IMG/VR virus record: IMGVR_UViG_3300044674_000289
Location: 1-50,042 of that record
Length of the DNA: 50,042 bases
DNA from: a virus
Taxonomy: Duplodnaviria; Caudoviricetes
Direction: 5' to 3' (one strand)
Shown: one piece after another, positions 46,870 to 50,042 of the stretch
Position numbering within the stretch: position 1 is the stretch's first letter
How the letters are laid out: the number at the start of each line of letters is the position of its first letter
Notes under the pieces: generated by a model
What the model was told of the DNA's origin: nothing
The model's database searches: none
The model's input: only the letters and a program-made list of their open reading frames with translations
Made by a program: the position numbers and the translations under genes

Positions 46870-47140
46870 AGAATACCCCTGCGTAATTACCACTTTTTTC
46901 TACGCCAATTTGTAACTTGTCATTTATGCTTTTTGTAGCTTTTAATGAATGAGATCTATTACCAGATTTATCTGTTGAAGTTTCACCACGAACTTTAAAA
47001 CCTTTGCCTTTGTACGTAGCACCTACTCCAGCCCTTTGGTAATCATCAGTTCCTGAAACAGACATAGATAAATCTAAATTACCTACAGATTTGTGAGCAG
47101 ATAATCCACCCATATTATACATATCTCTTTTTTTCTTCAT
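46853..47140 (-). CDS. Small beta-strand-rich protein with N-terminal GG tag
   Basis: MKKKRDMYNMGG then alternating beta-strand pattern. Confidence 0.6.
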   Translation of the reverse strand: MKKKRDMYNMGGLSAHKSVGNLDLSMSVSGTDDYQRAGVGATYKGKGFKVRGETSTDKSGNRSHSLKATKSINDKLQIGVEKSGNYAGVFFEKKL

Positions 47141-47141
47141 G

Positions 47142-48824
47142 TTAGTATCCAAATGTTCCGTCTGAAGGTTGGTAAATAGTTTCACGATGTAGCTGGCGCA
47201 TACGACTAAAGGTATCATCTATGCGCGGTCTAGACATAATGAGATACCTCAACGCATCATACGCATGGTCTGGTGCGTGGGTATCTACATCTTCAGGGTT
47301 GCTTTTATCCAGAGGAATACTTTGCAGTTCGCGTATCAGGTTAGGACAAGTATTAAATATTTGTAATTTGGGCCTTCCGCTTTGCTGAACCTTCAAGTAT
47401 TCGTGGATTTGAATCTTGCCTGCAACTCTGTTTTTATCCGCTCGTCTTAGCTTATGTCCAGCCTTTACAAGCGTTTCACCAACTGTAGGGCCTGTTTGCC
47501 CTGTACGGTTCCAACACGCTGTGTCTAATACGCCCGGAACGCTCATTGGATCATTTAATTCCATTTCAGTAATCAGTTGAGCTAGGTCTGTTGCTAATAG
47601 TCCTTTTCGATAGAGTTCTCTGTATATTATTAGTGTGTTGTCATCTCTATCTATTGCACCCCAGACACAAGCTGATTCTGAAGCATATCCATAGTCGATT
47701 CCTTTTATACGATCCCAATGTATTGGGATTTCAAAAGGATCAATAATATGGATGTTTCTGTCAAACTCTGTGAAGGCCGCACCTTCTGCAACCTCCCAAT
47801 CACCTTCTAGTAGCTGTCGCCGTTGCGTAGGTGGCAACGCCTTCAGCATCTGTTCATATCTTCCGTCACTGGCTAAGTATGGATTATCGTCTAGCCGTGC
47901 CGGTATAAACTTACGGGTTAGTCCGTCTTCTCCCTTAAATGATTCATTAGGCGGTGAAGGAGTAATATATCTTTTCTTTACCCAATGCGCTCCAACACCA
48001 CCGGGGTTAGCGGTACACCGCATATATGGTATAATTTCTGGGTCTGTTGTACGCAGTCGTGAAGCCAAGTAGTTCCAAGAAAACTCTGTAGCTTGGTGCG
48101 TAATCTCATCAAACCCAATCCAACTATACGCTTGTCCTTGGTATCGGTAAACATCTGCATCCCTCTCCAAGAATCCAAATTCTATTTTAGCTCCAGACGG
48201 AAAGTTCCAGAGCTTTTCTACTTCTTTGTACTTACAACCGGGAAAGGCTTTCGGGTAGAGTTCACGAGACTTATCTATTAGCTCCCGTAACTCTGGCATA
48301 GAACGCCGCAGGATTAAAGCTCTATGCGCTCCCCGATGAGCAAAGCGTAGTGGATCAACCAACATCGCATAGCTCTTGCCTCCACCAGCCGCACCACCAT
48401 ACAAAACATCAGTCTCAGAAGCGGCAAGAAAGTCAGTTTGTGGGCCATCGTTGGGCCTAAAGATGACATTCTCTTCTGCGACAGTCCTCAACGCCTTGGG
48501 CAAATCGTCAGTCGTTGTTGTTGTTATTTTCCCTTCGGCTTTTGCCTCAGTTCCTTCTAATTTGTTTAAAGTACTTTTAGAAGTGTCGAGTGACCGTTTA
48601 TAGTTTTCAAGCTTGGTGCGAGCCTGCGCTAACCGTTTTTCTTTCTTTCGTACAACTTTCCTTGCATCAATCTGTGCCTTGGTTTTGGAGTGGTAGTTGT
48701 AGCCTCGACCTGACGAACCTTTGGGTCTGCCAGTTTTCTTACGAGGTGTTCCATCCTTTTTGAGTATAAAATTCCCGTTGTCGTCTCGCATATACGCATC
48801 AGGGTTTTTCTCCCAATCATTCAT
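47142..48824 (-). CDS. terL: Terminase large subunit
   Basis: Walker A YGGAAGGGKS, Walker B IGFDE, TANPG, nuclease GIDYG and DHAYDALRY. Confidence 0.95.
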   Translation of the reverse strand: MNDWEKNPDAYMRDDNGNFILKKDGTPRKKTGRPKGSSGRGYNYHSKTKAQIDARKVVRKKEKRLAQARTKLENYKRSLDTSKSTLNKLEGTEAKAEGKITTTTTDDLPKALRTVAEENVIFRPNDGPQTDFLAASETDVLYGGAAGGGKSYAMLVDPLRFAHRGAHRALILRRSMPELRELIDKSRELYPKAFPGCKYKEVEKLWNFPSGAKIEFGFLERDADVYRYQGQAYSWIGFDEITHQATEFSWNYLASRLRTTDPEIIPYMRCTANPGGVGAHWVKKRYITPSPPNESFKGEDGLTRKFIPARLDDNPYLASDGRYEQMLKALPPTQRRQLLEGDWEVAEGAAFTEFDRNIHIIDPFEIPIHWDRIKGIDYGYASESACVWGAIDRDDNTLIIYRELYRKGLLATDLAQLITEMELNDPMSVPGVLDTACWNRTGQTGPTVGETLVKAGHKLRRADKNRVAGKIQIHEYLKVQQSGRPKLQIFNTCPNLIRELQSIPLDKSNPEDVDTHAPDHAYDALRYLIMSRPRIDDTFSRMRQLHRETIYQPSDGTFGY

Positions 48825-49041
48825 ATCGGTCTACAATCTTTTTTAAACCAGTATGAGATATAGTTCTGTTTGTATCATACTCTAACCAAGTAGCCGCTTC
48901 ACGTAAAGATAAAACATTATTTTTTACTAGCGGCACGATTTTGTTGAGGGCTTTAAGTTCTACCTCAACTTCTTCTAGATGTTCACCATCTTCCATCAGC
49001 TTATAGCCAAATGGAATGGTGCTACTACTACGCCTCTTCAT
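48817..49041 (-). CDS. Small putative DNA-binding protein
   Basis: IPFGY..E...L...SLREAA.WL pattern, like the recombinase-associated DNA-binding domain. Confidence 0.55.
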   Translation of the reverse strand: MKRRSSSTIPFGYKLMEDGEHLEEVEVELKALNKIVPLVKNNVLSLREAATWLEYDTNRTISHTGLKKIVDRYE

Positions 49042-49420
49042 ATTGAGCCTCTATAACTACTTCTTGTTTTGCTGGTAGTATAAAGAGGCCATTAGAGTTT
49101 TGCAAGTTTACATCTAGTTTGTCTGTTTTAGCAAGGCCAACACGGTCTAGGAGCGTCTGAGCGGCCTGTAGACGGACGTTAGCTTGAGGTATGGGGTCAG
49201 TACTATCCATAACCTCAACGAGCTTCAGAGAGGCTTTGGGGGCATTCTGGGCTAATATATTCTCGGCTAGTTCAATTATCTCTGTTTTAAGTGCTTTAAC
49301 CACGGATGTATATGAGCCTTCAGCATACCCCGCTAATTCTGCGGCACGTTTTGTATCACCATTGCAAGATACAAGGTGATCCAAGAACGATTGTTGTTTT
49401 GTAGTTAATTCTTTATTCAT
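49028..49420 (-). CDS. terS: Terminase small subunit
   Basis: LT.KQQ.F...AAELAGY HTH, RLQAAQ.LLDRVG; upstream of terL. Confidence 0.75.
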   Translation of the reverse strand: MNKELTTKQQSFLDHLVSCNGDTKRAAELAGYAEGSYTSVVKALKTEIIELAENILAQNAPKASLKLVEVMDSTDPIPQANVRLQAAQTLLDRVGLAKTDKLDVNLQNSNGLFILPAKQEVVIEAQYEEA

Positions 49421-49428
49421 AACTATAT

Positions 49429-49457
49429 ATTATATAGGTGATATAGAGATCTGTCAA
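49429..49457 (-). promoter_or_regulatory. Consensus sigma70 promoter for the structural arm
   Basis: Minus strand TTGACA (49457-49452), 17 bp, TATAAT (49434-49429). Confidence 0.85.
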
Positions 49458-49498
49458 GTAGTTATTACACTGTTGTATGGTATTAGTTGGCAGAAGTC

Positions 49499-49527
49499 TT
49501 GACAAAATTAGTTTTCAGGTGTATAAT
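49499..49527 (+). promoter_or_regulatory. Consensus sigma70 promoter facing the hairpin array / early arm
   Basis: TTGACA 49499-49504, 17 bp, TATAAT 49522-49527. Confidence 0.85.
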
Positions 49528-49669
49528 AGATTATGTAGCCCACCGGGTACATATAGTCATAGGCCCACTTTAAAGCCTTTGGAGTGGGGCGACAAACTGG
49601 TTGACATTCAGAAACTTCTAAATTGTGCGTGAATGAGTATATATATAGGGGATGGGGGGTGGTCACCTG

Positions 49670-49906
49670 CCTAGCCCTTAAAGGGCTAGGAAGACTAGAA
49701 TACTTTAAAGTCTTACAGACTTTAAAGTATTCTAGAATTCACCGCCAGAGTCTCTAAAGATCTCTAAGATCTTTAGAGACTCTGGTTGCCAGACTCAGAA
49801 ATCTTTAAAAATCTTTAGAGATTTTTAAAGATTTTTAAAAAATCTATAAAAATCAAAGATTTTTTTAGATTTCACACACGCCTATGAAAAATCCCTTAGG
49901 ATTTTT
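49670..49906. repeat. Array of six tandem palindromes
   Basis: 49670-90 (10-bp arms), 49695-735 (19), 49745-785 (19), 49799-834 (16), 49840-872 (15, one mismatch), 49887-906 (8). Confidence 0.9.
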
Positions 49907-49924
49907 AAACTCAGCAAATCGCTT

Positions 49925-49984
49925 AGTACTTCAAAACTTTAAAACCCCTCACGGTAGTGAGGGTTTTAAAGTTTATGAAGTACT
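49925..49984. repeat. Long bulged hairpin element, copy C
   Basis: AGTACTTCA-AAACTTTAAAACCC-C-TCAC-GGTA-GTGA-GGGTTTTAAAGTTT-A-TGAAGTACT. Confidence 0.9.
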
Positions 49985-50042
49985 TAAAGGCCCTCCGAAG
50001 CCGCTTCAAGCCGAAGGCTTGGGGCAACACAAACTCACAATT

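Noticed and set aside
48817-49041. Serine integrase / lysogeny module
   Set aside because: Only 74 aa with no catalytic resolvase domain; no repressor or att context.
49601-49630. Third TTGACA as a promoter
   Set aside because: No acceptable -10 hexamer at 16-18 bp spacing.
49670-49984. Palindrome array as a CRISPR or mini-CRISPR array
   Set aside because: The units are not direct repeats of one sequence and there are no regular unique spacers.
1-50042. Direct terminal repeat or proven circularity
   Set aside because: The ends share only the hairpin core; there is no exact overlap, so completeness cannot be shown from the sequence alone.

Overview
The window is a near-complete ~50 kb lytic tailed-phage genome with podovirus-type architecture, resembling marine SIO1/cobavirus-like (Zobellviridae-like) phages; the family assignment is inference. 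It has two convergent arms. The + arm (1-16.5 kb) carries small early genes, two DNA-glycosylase-like genes, DUF932, HD, MazG, SSB, T7-like primase-helicase, PolA, three nucleases, a class II (B12) RNR and a secreted metzincin. The - arm (49.4-16.5 kb) carries the terminase, portal, scaffold, major capsid, tail and fibre genes, holin/M15 endolysin, ejection proteins and small basic proteins. I saw no RNA polymerase, integrase, tRNA, CRISPR array or reverse transcriptase. Both arms appear to start from back-to-back perfect sigma70 promoters at 49429-49527. Main unexplained signals: (1) a shared [RK]-x5-G-[GS] motif, about 16 copies in 10 late non-shell proteins, sitting at domain boundaries, together with a stand-alone protein between portal and scaffold that carries a tape-measure-C-terminal-like domain; this suggests a virion cargo tagging/processing system. 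(2) A cassette-like array of small tagged genes with repeated junctions. (3) A dense array of long AT-rich palindromes at the right end, plus three copies of a covarying bulged hairpin at 1, 1165 and 49925. All family calls come from motif recognition by eye, not from database searches.
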